Made by a program: the position numbers and the translations under genes
In this document: one piece after another, positions 45,938 through 57,000 of the stretch
Numbering within the stretch: position 1 is the first letter of the stretch
Layout of the letters: each line of letters starts with the position of its first letter
IMG/VR virus record: IMGVR_UViG_3300035670_000033
Location: 74,072-138,071 of that record
DNA: 64,000 bases
Direction: 5' to 3' (one strand)
Origin: a virus
Notes under the pieces: generated by a model
Database searches by the model: none
What the model was told of the DNA's origin: nothing
Seen by the model: only the letters and a program-made list of their open reading frames with translations

Positions 45938-46744
45938 ATGGCTAATACAGTTACTGTTTGGGTGAGATTAAAGGATCCAACACCAGAGGCTGACCGACTT
46001 CAGTCGGCTACACCGGGTGCTTCTCCGCTTATTCTTCGTATGCGTTCTTCTGATTCTACGACTGAGGAAGATTTTGTTTTTCCTTACAGTCCTAGGGAAA
46101 TAAATATCGGTAAACTTTCTGACGAAATGGTTCAGATAGCACGACCGGGTACAACTCCGATTGTTGCGTTTAAGTCACACAATCTTATGACCCTTGATTT
46201 TACGGCACTTATTGCACATCCGGGTGATGGTCTTATTCAGAGTGTTGATTCAGAAATTTTTGCTTTGCGGAGAATGGCTTCAAGTAGCGATAAAGTTTTT
46301 CAGTTGCTTAATTACGATATTTTTACACGAACACCTTATGTTTATCGGAATATGAGTGAAGAGAGAATGAGTGGATTGTTTTTCTCAATCACCGAGATGA
46401 GCATTGATGTGACGCGTAGGAATAAAGAAAATTCAATAACTAGCGCAAATGTGAAGATCAGTTTGGTAGAAAATAGGAACCCTAATATCAATATTGCTCT
46501 GATCCCTCCTTTGAAATTTACTCGCGGTAATCCTTCATGCAAGGATCCTGCGTATGCAAAAAAGTTTCCGAGAAGGTGTAAAACAACAAAAACTTCAAAA
46601 ACGACCAACTCTGCCACCAACGAAGCAGACACTTCTGCTGGTCAAACACAAAACAAATTTAAGGGCAAATTGGGTCAACTGTGTTTGCAGGCTGATGGAA
46701 CAGAAAAGTTTATTCAACCGGGTCAACCTGGGTATTGCGGATAA
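45938..46744 (+). CDS. Tail tube initiator / baseplate-associated protein
   Basis: FVFPYSPREI...IARPGTTPIV; position after tape measure. Confidence 0.6.
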   Translation: MANTVTVWVRLKDPTPEADRLQSATPGASPLILRMRSSDSTTEEDFVFPYSPREINIGKLSDEMVQIARPGTTPIVAFKSHNLMTLDFTALIAHPGDGLIQSVDSEIFALRRMASSSDKVFQLLNYDIFTRTPYVYRNMSEERMSGLFFSITEMSIDVTRRNKENSITSANVKISLVENRNPNINIALIPPLKFTRGNPSCKDPAYAKKFPRRCKTTKTSKTTNSATNEADTSAGQTQNKFKGKLGQLCLQADGTEKFIQPGQPGYCG

Positions 46745-47766
46745 TGATTACAGATTCTACGATAAAAATAATCGGGCACTCTCAGGTTGAGGCGGTTCGC
46801 CTCATAGCCCAAAGCGTCACCAATATCACCGTCAGTTATACGGTTGATGGGGCATCGCAGGTGACAGTGGAACTAGTAGACGAAGATCTAGCCATGTGGA
46901 ACAACAACTATTTTGCTGTAAGCAATATTGTTTTATTTAATGATGGGACGGTCACGGAAAGGTACATGATCGCAAGTCATGAAATTTCCAACGGTGAAGG
47001 TAGGCATTTTAATATCAAATTAGAGTTACGGACAGAGGCAATACAGAAAATGAAGTTGGATAAAAAGCCTCAAGCGTTCAGATCTACAACTGGATACGAG
47101 TTTGCCCGAAAGGTAGCCAAAAAGTTTGGTTTAGAGTTTTTGGGTCAGGAACCCAAGGGTGTTAAAACAACAACCATCAAGGTAAAAACTGACAAAAATC
47201 AAGAGTCCGTGTACGACGTTTTGGTTCGTTCTGCAAAAGATATCCAATATCTTTGTTTCGTGATGTATGCGATACCCGAGGGTAAAACGGTGGCGGTTCC
47301 AACATTGTTCTATGGTTCGCCGAACTGGTTGCTTGGTCGTTGGGGGATAGAAAAAACACCTGCATACACATTCACCACGACAGACGGTAAAAAAGAGGTT
47401 CGCCCGCTCTACTACATTCCCCTCAAATACCCTAATGATGACAAAATGAACTTTTTCCTGACAGAAGTTCCTGAACTTCGCAGGTCAATGGACAGCCCTA
47501 AAGAGTCCGAGGGTTCCGCAAACATATGGGTTGGGGACAAGTACGAGCAGAATGTCGGAAGCGCCTACAATATAAGGGCAGGGATGACTGTCGTTATATA
47601 CGGCATCAAAGGGTTTGACCAAACAGCATATTTGATCACTTCGGTTCAATATTTGTACGGTCAGCCTGAACCCGTAAAGATCAGTTTTGCTACTTTGGAA
47701 AAAATTTCGCCAGAGGACAAAAAGAAGATTGATCAAAAAGTTTCAGAAACTATAGTGATTGGATAA
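46744..47766 (+). CDS. Baseplate hub protein (gpD/gp27-like)
   Basis: VSYTVDGASQVTVELVD...IRAGMTVVIYGI...YLITSV. Confidence 0.7.
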   Translation: MITDSTIKIIGHSQVEAVRLIAQSVTNITVSYTVDGASQVTVELVDEDLAMWNNNYFAVSNIVLFNDGTVTERYMIASHEISNGEGRHFNIKLELRTEAIQKMKLDKKPQAFRSTTGYEFARKVAKKFGLEFLGQEPKGVKTTTIKVKTDKNQESVYDVLVRSAKDIQYLCFVMYAIPEGKTVAVPTLFYGSPNWLLGRWGIEKTPAYTFTTTDGKKEVRPLYYIPLKYPNDDKMNFFLTEVPELRRSMDSPKESEGSANIWVGDKYEQNVGSAYNIRAGMTVVIYGIKGFDQTAYLITSVQYLYGQPEPVKISFATLEKISPEDKKKIDQKVSETIVIG

Positions 47767-47775
47767 GGCGGAATT

Positions 47776-48189
47776 ATGTCAATAATAGGTGGAGATGCAA
47801 TAGATCAGATGAGCCGCCCTGACTCGGCTGCGCCAACATTTGCTGAGTTTTCTTCCATTCATCTTGGGGTTTTGACAGCCAAGAATGATGCTACGAGAAC
47901 TGGTTTCGTGAAAATTACTGCACTGAACACCAACGCTCAACTCGGTCCATACAAGTTCATGGCACCTTTCACTTTCCCTGTCAGCACTGCTGTTGAGCAG
48001 ACTTTGAACACCACAACAGCAGTCGTTTCGGGAACATCTGTTGTTACTAGTGCTTCGCTTTCCGAAACCACAACAAACATTTCTGGTTCCTACAGCGCAA
48101 CATTGTCCTTGCCCGCTGTTGGTGCTCGTGTCCTTGTTGTACTATTAAACAATTCCCTTGACGAGGGCGTGATTGTTGGGTCTTTATGA
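47776..48189 (+). CDS. Baseplate spike/gpV-like protein
   Basis: LPAVGARVLVVLLNNSLDEGVIVGSL OB-fold-like signature. Confidence 0.6.
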   Translation: MSIIGGDAIDQMSRPDSAAPTFAEFSSIHLGVLTAKNDATRTGFVKITALNTNAQLGPYKFMAPFTFPVSTAVEQTLNTTTAVVSGTSVVTSASLSETTTNISGSYSATLSLPAVGARVLVVLLNNSLDEGVIVGSL

Positions 48190-48488
48190 ACACGATTAGA
48201 TTACCGATGAAATTCAAACATGAATCATTTGAGATGGAGACGATAGTTGACCAATCGGATGAGTATTATGCGACGCTCATAGGTTTCGCTGTTCAAATTG
48301 AGCCGGGTTCTTTGCCTATTTCAACTTTTTACGGAACAAAGGATCCAACTTTTGACAGTAAACAAACAAGACAGGTTGGCGTTCAGGTGGGAAACTTAAT
48401 ACCAGAAATACGAATAACTGGTGTTGATGTTATACCAGACAATAACGGTCAAACAAATCTAACAATCAAATTTGAACGGACATCGTAA
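48186..48488 (+). CDS. Baseplate wedge gp25-like protein
   Basis: IRLPMKF...EPGSLPISTFYGTKDPTF...IPEIRI. Confidence 0.7.
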   Translation: MNTIRLPMKFKHESFEMETIVDQSDEYYATLIGFAVQIEPGSLPISTFYGTKDPTFDSKQTRQVGVQVGNLIPEIRITGVDVIPDNNGQTNLTIKFERTS

Positions 48489-48490
48489 TC

Positions 48491-49900
48491 ATGGCTTCAC
48501 CAAACTTTTTGAATTATGTAAATTTAACCGTAAACGATAAAGATATTACGGATATCTATGATGATGCGGTTGAATACGCACAGACAGCGATGCCCGAATT
48601 CGCTCCTCGTGTCGGTACGGTTGAAAATGCTTTACTTGAGGCTGTTTCTCATACGACTGGCAGTTTGATCGCGACCATTAACCGTCTTCCCGACGGTTTG
48701 ATGGAGGGTTTGCTGAATTTGATGGGCTTTTCTCGCATTGAGGCAACAGCAGCAACTGGAACTGTTGAAATTGAATTATCAGTCAATACTGGAGCGACCA
48801 TCGTTGCAGGAACGGTTTTCTCGTACGATGTTTACGATGGTTCTGGTGTTCTAACACAATATCTTTACGAAACAATTAACGACATCACCATAGAGTCGGG
48901 AAGTACTACAGGTTCCGTTTCAGTTATTGCTTCCGACCCATCTCTATACCCTGACACACCTACACCGTCAGAATTAACTGTTGTTTCTAGCACCCCTTTC
49001 ATCCTTTCCGCAACACTTACCTCTCTGGCGAGTGTTGGAACTGATACGGAAACGGATACGGAATATTTTGATCGTGCTGTCACGTTTCTTGGTTCATTGA
49101 GTAGTTCAATCACTACCGCCGCACAGTTAACAAACTATATTGCAGTAAATTATCCGACCATTAGCAGGTTCAAGGTTTATGACCTAACACAAGCAAAAGA
49201 AAATGACATTGTTAATGCTGTCCTCACTTCAAATGTGGTCACTTTGACAACGAGATATGCCCACGATTTTTCGGTTGGTGATGTAGTTGACGTCGCAGAT
49301 ATGGCTACCGCCACTTACAACGGAACATACACGATAACAGCAACACCAACCGCAACGACATTCAGTTATGCACGAACCAATGCTAATATTGCTACAGCAG
49401 TAACCACCGTCGGAAGTGTTGTTCTCGGGAACGGGATGCTATTTGCTACAGCAGATGTCGGTGGCGCGGTAACTATTTCTATGTGTGACTCAACTGGAGC
49501 GTCATTGTCAACCGCCCAAAAATTGATTGTTGAACAAGATATTGAATCCCGTGTTGTCGCTGGTCTTATAGTTCACCTTCACGACATGAACACGTTTGAT
49601 GTAACCGTTAACGCAAGTATTGTCGTTGAACCAAACTACTCAACTTCAGACGTCGGAGCATCCGTATCGGAAGCGATAGAAAATTACCTTTCCGTAAATG
49701 GATGGGATTTCTCAGAGTCAGTAAACCGCCTATATTTGACTACAATTGCATCAAAAATTGCTGGTGTTAAATATGTTAGTTCAATGACCGCGGCTGTTGT
49801 TGGTTCTCCATCTTTTGCGTCAGATAACTCGGGTGATGTTTCAATACTTGAAAAAGGTGCCATACCGATTGGTGAATGTACGACTGTAGCGACTGCCTGA
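48491..49900 (+). CDS. Baseplate J-like protein with an inserted beta domain
   Basis: PEFAPRVGTVENALLEA, GTDTETDTEYFDR, IAGVKYV. Confidence 0.85.
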   Translation: MASPNFLNYVNLTVNDKDITDIYDDAVEYAQTAMPEFAPRVGTVENALLEAVSHTTGSLIATINRLPDGLMEGLLNLMGFSRIEATAATGTVEIELSVNTGATIVAGTVFSYDVYDGSGVLTQYLYETINDITIESGSTTGSVSVIASDPSLYPDTPTPSELTVVSSTPFILSATLTSLASVGTDTETDTEYFDRAVTFLGSLSSSITTAAQLTNYIAVNYPTISRFKVYDLTQAKENDIVNAVLTSNVVTLTTRYAHDFSVGDVVDVADMATATYNGTYTITATPTATTFSYARTNANIATAVTTVGSVVLGNGMLFATADVGGAVTISMCDSTGASLSTAQKLIVEQDIESRVVAGLIVHLHDMNTFDVTVNASIVVEPNYSTSDVGASVSEAIENYLSVNGWDFSESVNRLYLTTIASKIAGVKYVSSMTAAVVGSPSFASDNSGDVSILEKGAIPIGECTTVATA

Positions 49901-49902
49901 TT

Positions 49903-51180
49903 ATGGGGATAATATTCAACTACATTGATGAAACAGAGAGAACGTTTCTTGAATCATCAACTTTTATTTCTTCAATAACAGATTTATGGACTTCCGACGG
50001 AACCCTATCTGTAGACGCAGTTAACTATCAAGACTCAAATTATGGGTCTTTGAAACTGTCTCCTACAGCATTGGAGAATTTTGTTTATTACAACAATCAC
50101 GCTTTGACATCGGATACGCCTTCACAGTTTTCTATAACACTTTCTCAGGATGCTGGAGATTTCGTTGAAAGTTTCATGTGGGTAAAGCCAACAAAAAACT
50201 GCACAATTTACCTAAAAACCGTTTTGTCTGAAGTTGAATTTGACGAAAATAGTTCAACTTTCTCTTTCATTGACCCATTCAATCAGGTTATTGGAAATGA
50301 GGGTTCGTTTGTTGTCGCGCTTGGTGGAGCAGATGAACCTAGATGGCAATTACTCCGATCTGTTCCTGTACAGGTTCCAGAAAATGGACGATGGTCAATA
50401 CAGTTACAGTTTCGTGTTGTTTTCTCAACCTTAACTGATGCGTATCTAAATATTTCTAGACCTACGGCTCATCAATCTAAAAGAATTTTCTCTAATACAT
50501 TCTTAAGTCAGTCTTTTGAATATATACCAGAAATTTTTCTTGAATCAGACTTGGCTGACTTCACGACAAATGAGCCAACATACCCTCTTGCTCGTTTTTT
50601 TGATGTTATGACCTCTTCTTCTGATGATATTTACGATCAAGTTGTTTCTTTTGAATATCTTGATAGAAGTGAGGGTGGTGACCCCACCAATTTGGCAACC
50701 CTGAGTCGTTTCATTGATCCACGAGTGTGCGACAGTTCGTACCTTTCTTGGATTGCACAGTTCAGAGGGCGACCAATATTGGTGACTTACCAACCTTCAA
50801 CCGAAGGTGTTGGATGGGAGATTTTCACTTTGAACTCAAGCCTTCTAGACGGTGATGACGTTCTCGGAAGTGGTGCAACAAACTTGGGAGGTCTCCCCGC
50901 TGGAATTGATGCTTTTGCTCGTTGGCAGGTAGAGACAGGATATTACGGACATAACGCTGGAACCCTTCAGTCCATGGTCAGTGCAATACAAAGAAACTTA
51001 ACTGGAGACAAAGTTGTCGGATACTCCATAAGCCCTAATCAAATAGATTTCACGACAAGTCAAGCAGAAACATTCGGCACGCTACCCGAAGGCGTGGGTA
51101 CATCAAATGAGGTTATTTTGTCGTTAATTGAACCAGCAAGACCTTTGGGAATGATTGTCACTCACACATTGACTGCGTGA
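49903..51180 (+). CDS. Baseplate wedge / tail protein I-like
   Basis: YIPEIF..D..YPLARF...CDSSYLSWIAQFRG...EPARPLG. Confidence 0.7.
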   Translation: MGIIFNYIDETERTFLESSTFISSITDLWTSDGTLSVDAVNYQDSNYGSLKLSPTALENFVYYNNHALTSDTPSQFSITLSQDAGDFVESFMWVKPTKNCTIYLKTVLSEVEFDENSSTFSFIDPFNQVIGNEGSFVVALGGADEPRWQLLRSVPVQVPENGRWSIQLQFRVVFSTLTDAYLNISRPTAHQSKRIFSNTFLSQSFEYIPEIFLESDLADFTTNEPTYPLARFFDVMTSSSDDIYDQVVSFEYLDRSEGGDPTNLATLSRFIDPRVCDSSYLSWIAQFRGRPILVTYQPSTEGVGWEIFTLNSSLLDGDDVLGSGATNLGGLPAGIDAFARWQVETGYYGHNAGTLQSMVSAIQRNLTGDKVVGYSISPNQIDFTTSQAETFGTLPEGVGTSNEVILSLIEPARPLGMIVTHTLTA

Positions 51181-51217
51181 TGTAGAATATGTAGGTAACT
51201 TCAAAATTGGAGGATCC

Positions 51218-51478
51218 ATGGAAGAGGAAAATTCCCAAAGTTCTGTGGATAAAGAAATTGAGGAACTCCTTCGGGGGGCTTTGCCTCAGGGTCTTGTAAC
51301 CAATTTTGTTCTTATCGCAGAAGTAGTTTCCGACTCTCAACAGGAGTTGGTTCTATCCATTTCCGATTCTATGACCCCATGGCTTGCCCAAGGGATGCTT
51401 GACACGGCGATGGACATGCTTCGCGCAGGCGAATACCAATTCCCTATAACGGAGGAAAACAATGGACAAGAATATTAA
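51218..51478 (+). CDS. Small hypothetical protein
   Basis: 86 aa; SD GGAGG. Confidence 0.7.
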   Translation: MEEENSQSSVDKEIEELLRGALPQGLVTNFVLIAEVVSDSQQELVLSISDSMTPWLAQGMLDTAMDMLRAGEYQFPITEENNGQEY

Positions 51479-51704
51479 AGCAAACGTAAGTGATCAGGCT
51501 GTCAAGGGTGCCCTTTTAGGTGGTCTTGGATATTTGGCAAATAAGTGGGGTGTTTCGGCTGAAGTCGTGGCTTTGGTTATGCCTGTAGCCCTTACCGCCC
51601 TTGCTTGGGTTTCAACCAAGATTGGTGACAAGAACACTACGGCTATTTTCACTGCTGTTACAGCGATTGTTGACGCTCAAGCGAAAAGCAAGAAAAAGGC
51701 TTAA
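51462..51704 (+). CDS. Small membrane protein, possible holin
   Basis: Hydrophobic helices and basic C-terminus (KSKKKA). Confidence 0.45.
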   Translation: MDKNIKANVSDQAVKGALLGGLGYLANKWGVSAEVVALVMPVALTALAWVSTKIGDKNTTAIFTAVTAIVDAQAKSKKKA

Positions 51705-51783
51705 CGCTTCAAATCGTCAAGATACAAGTGTTGTATTCTTGATGGGTGACAGCAGTTTGTGCTGCGTTACGGATTGAGGGCTG

Positions 51784-52134
51784 ATGCTTGCAGGAAAATA
51801 CAACATGGTATGTGATCAGGGGTCAACCTTTACGCGTACCATTGAGATCAAAGAAGCAGACGGAACAGTTTTCCCTTTAGCGGGCTACACCGCACGCATG
51901 GAAGTACGGCGAACTGTTGACGCCTCTTCCGCTCTTATAGGTTTATCTACCGCTAATGGGCGTATAGTGATAAACGCTTCTCTTGGGGCTTTAACAATAA
52001 CCCTCACACCTGACCTCACCGCATCCCTTACACAGAGCGGTGTTTACGACCTAGAGATCGTTCACACCGCCACGGGGGCTGTCCATAAGGTGATTAGAGG
52101 AGAGTTCAAACTTGAAAAAGAGGTATCACGATGA
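51784..52134 (+). CDS. Ig-like tail-fibre-associated protein
   Basis: YNMVCDQGSTF...GYTARMEVR...GVYDLEI. Confidence 0.7.
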   Translation: MLAGKYNMVCDQGSTFTRTIEIKEADGTVFPLAGYTARMEVRRTVDASSALIGLSTANGRIVINASLGALTITLTPDLTASLTQSGVYDLEIVHTATGAVHKVIRGEFKLEKEVSR

Positions 52135-52328
52135 GTGATCTTTCCACACAGTTGACGATGGGTAACGCAAATTTCAATGTAGTCATAGAGGATCAACGCA
52201 ACATTGTTGAAATCGGCAACGAAGAACCAAACATCATTCAGGTTGTTTTACCCGGCGTAGCCGCAAGTTCACGAACAAATGTTTCCTATGGTGAGGGTGT
52301 CCCTTGGGAGATAGAGGTGGAAATCTAA
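52131..52328 (+). CDS. Small virion-associated protein
   Basis: 65 aa in the coupled fibre operon. Confidence 0.55.
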   Translation: MSDLSTQLTMGNANFNVVIEDQRNIVEIGNEEPNIIQVVLPGVAASSRTNVSYGEGVPWEIEVEI

Positions 52329-52329
52329 T

Positions 52330-52677
52330 ATGCCCGCACAGCCTTCTGATTACGGCAATATTGGAGATATCTATATTGACGTACTCACTGGCGATTTTTA
52401 TGGTCCTAAAACTTCTGATGGGTGGCCAGATACACCGTTTTTTACGGCTTTAACCTCCACAACGGTTGACGCAGCGGTTCTTAACGATCGGCTCATTTTC
52501 ACACAGGCATCCCCGTCTGCTACATGGAACATCACCCATGAATTGGGTGGGAGACCCTCTGTAACCATCGTTGATAGCGCAGGTACGGTCGTTTACGGAG
52601 AAGTTGTGTATAATAGCAACACAAGTATTACAGCATTTTTTTCAGCACCTTTTTCTGGTTTCGCATATTTGACCTAA
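52330..52677 (+). CDS. Tail fibre-associated protein
   Basis: GNIGDIYIDVLTGDFYGPK; TWNITHELGGRPSVTIVD. Confidence 0.7.
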   Translation: MPAQPSDYGNIGDIYIDVLTGDFYGPKTSDGWPDTPFFTALTSTTVDAAVLNDRLIFTQASPSATWNITHELGGRPSVTIVDSAGTVVYGEVVYNSNTSITAFFSAPFSGFAYLT

Positions 52678-52689
52678 GGATTTAAAACA

Positions 52690-54015
52690 ATGGCACAAAA
52701 ATTTCTGACAAATATTGACCTTAATCAGAATCAGGTTATTAACGCCTCTTTTGAGGTTTTGGCAACCAACCCATCCACAAATCTTTTTGATGGTCGGATG
52801 TTTTTTGATAGCGCTGAAGGTGTTATCAAAATTTATGATGCTACTGCGACTGCATGGCGAAAAGTTGTTGCAGGTTACGATGGTGTAACTGCGGGTGTTA
52901 TTTCTGGTGGCACACATTCTGTTGCTTTAACAATCACCGAAGATAACGGTCAGATCACTGTCACCCCAAACCTTGCTGACGGAACCAATGCTGGTCTTCT
53001 TAGCGCTTCAGATTTTACGAAACTTGCTGACTCTACAGCAGACGCAACCGCGAACAAACTGGTCATTCGTGATGGTGCGGGTAACGCAAAGGTTGCCACC
53101 CCAACAGATTCGGCTCATATTGCCACCAAGGGATATGTTGACGCCGCTCGTCAAGGTCTTGATGTTAAACAATCCGTAAGAGTTGCAACAACTGCACCAA
53201 TTAACCTTGCTTCCGACCTTGAGGCTGGCGACACAGTAGACGGTGTAACACTTGTTGCTGGCGACCGTGTTCTCGTAAAGAACCAAAGCACCGCAACAGA
53301 GAACGGCATTTATGTTGCTGTTGCTTCGGGTGCGGCTTCTCGTTCATCTGACGCAAACGGAACAGCCGACACTGGCGAACTCAAGCCAGGAACTTTCACC
53401 TTCGTTGAAGAAGGTACAGTTAACTCGGATAAGGGCTTTGTTGTTTCCACCAACGGCACTATCACGATCGGTGCTACGAATATTGAGTGGACACAGTTCT
53501 CTGGTGCTGGTTCGTTTGAGGCTGGCGACGGACTCAGCCAATCAGGAAACACCATCAATGTTAACGTTGTATCTGATCGGACTGCGATCACTGGTGATGC
53601 GGTAGACATTGCTTCAACCTATGTTGGTCAAGCAAGCATCACGACCCTTGGCACGATCACAACGGGTGTTTGGAACGGCACAGACATTGCTGTTGCAGAC
53701 GGTGGTACTGGCGCTTCAGATGCCGCTTCGGCACGAACAAACCTTGGTATCAAAACTACGGCAGGTGCTGTAACAACGAGTACCTCAACTCTTGCTCGTG
53801 TAGCAAGTCAAGGTTGTTCGGCTTCCGCTGCTGGAACCTCCACGACGACAGTTACCCACAACTTCAACACACTTGACGTCAGTGTGCAAATTGTTGAAGT
53901 TGCTGGCGGTGCAACGGTGTATGGTGATGTCGTGCGAGCAAATGCTGATACTGTAACTGTCACCCTGCTCGGTACAATCGCAGCAAATGATTACAGAATC
54001 GTAGTAACAGGCTAA
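52690..54015 (+). CDS. Tail fibre protein
   Basis: ATKGYVD..GLDVKQSVRVATT, GDRVLVKNQST..NGIY, DGGTGASDAASARTNLG. Confidence 0.8.
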   Translation: MAQKFLTNIDLNQNQVINASFEVLATNPSTNLFDGRMFFDSAEGVIKIYDATATAWRKVVAGYDGVTAGVISGGTHSVALTITEDNGQITVTPNLADGTNAGLLSASDFTKLADSTADATANKLVIRDGAGNAKVATPTDSAHIATKGYVDAARQGLDVKQSVRVATTAPINLASDLEAGDTVDGVTLVAGDRVLVKNQSTATENGIYVAVASGAASRSSDANGTADTGELKPGTFTFVEEGTVNSDKGFVVSTNGTITIGATNIEWTQFSGAGSFEAGDGLSQSGNTINVNVVSDRTAITGDAVDIASTYVGQASITTLGTITTGVWNGTDIAVADGGTGASDAASARTNLGIKTTAGAVTTSTSTLARVASQGCSASAAGTSTTTVTHNFNTLDVSVQIVEVAGGATVYGDVVRANADTVTVTLLGTIAANDYRIVVTG

Positions 54016-54074
54016 AACACATAGTTAACCTTGAGGGGTTAGCGAACTACATGCAATAGCGATTGAGGTCGCAA

Positions 54075-57000
54075 GTGGCACAAAAATTTATTACCCCTAT
54101 AACTATTAAGCAGTTGGCGTCTGCTGGTTCAGATGCGCTCACCGTTTTTCTTGACGGCGAAGTTTATGGTCGTGTAAAACTTGAAGCAGGCGGTCGCATT
54201 TCTTGGAGCGATGGCACTGGAACATATGACACGAATCTTTATCGTGATGGTGCGAACACCCTTGCTACCGATGATGTTCTTAAGGCTATTGCTGGTGTGG
54301 TCACATTGGCGGTTGCTGGTACGCCGAGTGTTGCATTGCCGAATGGTGCTTTGGCTGTTGACACTACAAACAACATTTTTTATTTTAGATCTAACGACAC
54401 ATGGAATCAGGTTACGGGTGGTGGTGGCGGTGCATCGCTAACTGTTTCAGATACTGCACCAGCATCACCTTCTGCTGGTGATCTGTGGTTCAATTCGTCT
54501 AATGCGCGAACCTATGTTTATTATGATTCATCATGGGTTGAAATAGGTGGCTCTGGTGGTGTGGCAACCCTTGACGATGTTGGTGATGTCACTATCACCT
54601 CTGCCTCAAATGGTCAGTTTCTTAAATGGAACGGAACGGCTTGGGTTAACGAAGCCATTGACCTTGGAACAGACACTACAGGAAATTATGTTTCAGGGGT
54701 TTCATCTGGTACAGGTATCTCTGTTAGCCATACACCGTCTGAGGGTTCAACAGCAACTGTTTCTCTTGACGCAACGCTAGATAATCTTTCTAATGTTACT
54801 GTTCCGTCCCCTGCAACTAATGATGTTCTTCAATGGAATGGAACAGCATGGGTGAATGTGGCGGCTTCCACGGTAGGAGCAACCACACTTGACGGTCTTT
54901 CAGATGTTGTTGTCACGGCACCAGAAGAATTCCAAACACTTGAATACGACGGAACAAATTGGGTCAATACCTATTCGTCAGTGGTTAGTTATGTACGTAA
55001 TGCAGAAGCAACAACATTGACAACAGGAACGGTTGTTTACTTGTTTGGCGCAACAGGTGACCATGCCACAGTAAAGCGAGCAGACAATGATTCCGATACA
55101 ACATCATCTAAAACCGTTGGTGTTGTTGGTGCCAACATTCTTGCTTCAGAAAACGGACCCGTAGTAACTCGTGGCTATGTAGACGGCATTGATTTAAGTG
55201 TCGGATACGCATCGGGCGATATTCTTTGGTTAGGTGAAGACGGCGGGTTTACCAAAACTAAACCATCTGCACCAGAACATCTTGTATTCGTGGGTGTTGT
55301 CGTTCGTGCAACTGAAAACGGAATTATTTATGTTGCAACACAAAACGGTTATGAATTAGATGAACTACACAATGTCAGCACCCCATCTCCAATATCGGGT
55401 GATTTTCTAAAATACAACGGAACGTTATGGGTTAATGACCAAATTGATCTAGGAACAGATACCACTGGAAACTATGTTCAGTCGCTTGTTGCAGGAACTG
55501 GTATTACGCTCACGAACGACAGCGCCTCCGAAGGCGGAACACCAACCATTGCTGTCACAGCGAACACCTATCAGCCTTTAGATGCTGAACTAACAGCAAT
55601 AGCAGGGTTGACTAGCGCCGCAGACAAACTTCCATATTTCACAGGTTCAGGAACAGCGTCAACAACAGATATTACTGGCGCCGCAAGAAGCATCCTTGAC
55701 GACACAACGACAGGAGACATTCGTACGACGCTCGGTGTTGGAACAGGAGACTCACCAACATTCGCTGGCGCAACATTAGACGGCGTGCAGGTGGGTGTCA
55801 CAGCAGCCAACGAAATTGATACAGCGTCAGGGAACCTCACAATTGACTCTGCTGGCGGAACAGTAACAGTTGATGACAACCTCACCGTAACAGGAAACCT
55901 TACAGTCTCGGGGACAACAACATCAATCAACACAGAAACATTAACTGTTGACGACAACATTATTATCCTCAACAACAATGTCACTAGTGCACCAACAGAA
56001 AATGCTGGTATTGAGGTTGAACGAGGTTCTTCCACAAACGTTCAATTACGCTGGAACGAAACTGATGACAAATGGCAGTTCACCAACGACGGAACAACAT
56101 ACACAGACCTTGGTGCAGGTGGAGCAACAATATCCAACACCGCCCCATCATCACCTACCGCTGGTCAACTTTGGTTCAACTCGGCAACACTAGAAACATA
56201 TGTTTACTATGACAGCCATTGGCTACAAGCAAGTGGCGAACCAGACCTAGTAGAAGATTTAACAGACCTTTCTGATGTTCTGTTCACGAACCCTGTAAAC
56301 GGTCAATTCTTAAAATTTGATGGAACTCGTTGGGTTAACGGCACCATTCCAACCATCAACACTTTGGACGATATCGGTGATGTTTCTGTAGCATCACCAT
56401 CAAACGGACAGTTCCTAAAATGGAACGGCACCGCTTGGGTGTCTGATTCAATTCCAACAATTAACGCACTTGATGATATTGGCAATGTTACCGCACCATC
56501 ACCATCATCTGGACAGTTTCTAAAATGGAATGGTACAGCGTGGGTTCCGGACACAATTATTGGTGGCGCAACTATTTCCGATTCTGCACCAGCGTCACCT
56601 TCGGCTGGTCAACTGTGGTTTGATTCTACGGTAGGTAAAACTTTTGTTTACTACGACTCTCATTGGATTGAGGTTGGTGGTGTTGGTACAGGCGCACGAA
56701 TGGTGTCTAGTTCTTCAGCGCCTGCTTCACCGCTTGAGGGAAGCATGTGGTTTGATACAGACACGGCACAAACATTTGTTTACTATGACTCGTCGTGGGT
56801 TGAAATCGGTGCATCAGGTGTAACAGCCAGCGTTCAGGATTCAGCCCCAGCAGCCCCTGTATCAGGACAAATTTGGTTTAACTCTTTGACGGGTGGCACA
56901 TTTGTTTATTACGGAACAAACTGGATTGAAGTTGGCGCATCACCGTTTAGCGCTCTAGTTAACACCATCAACGCTAAAGGCGATCTGCTTGTAGGTACCG

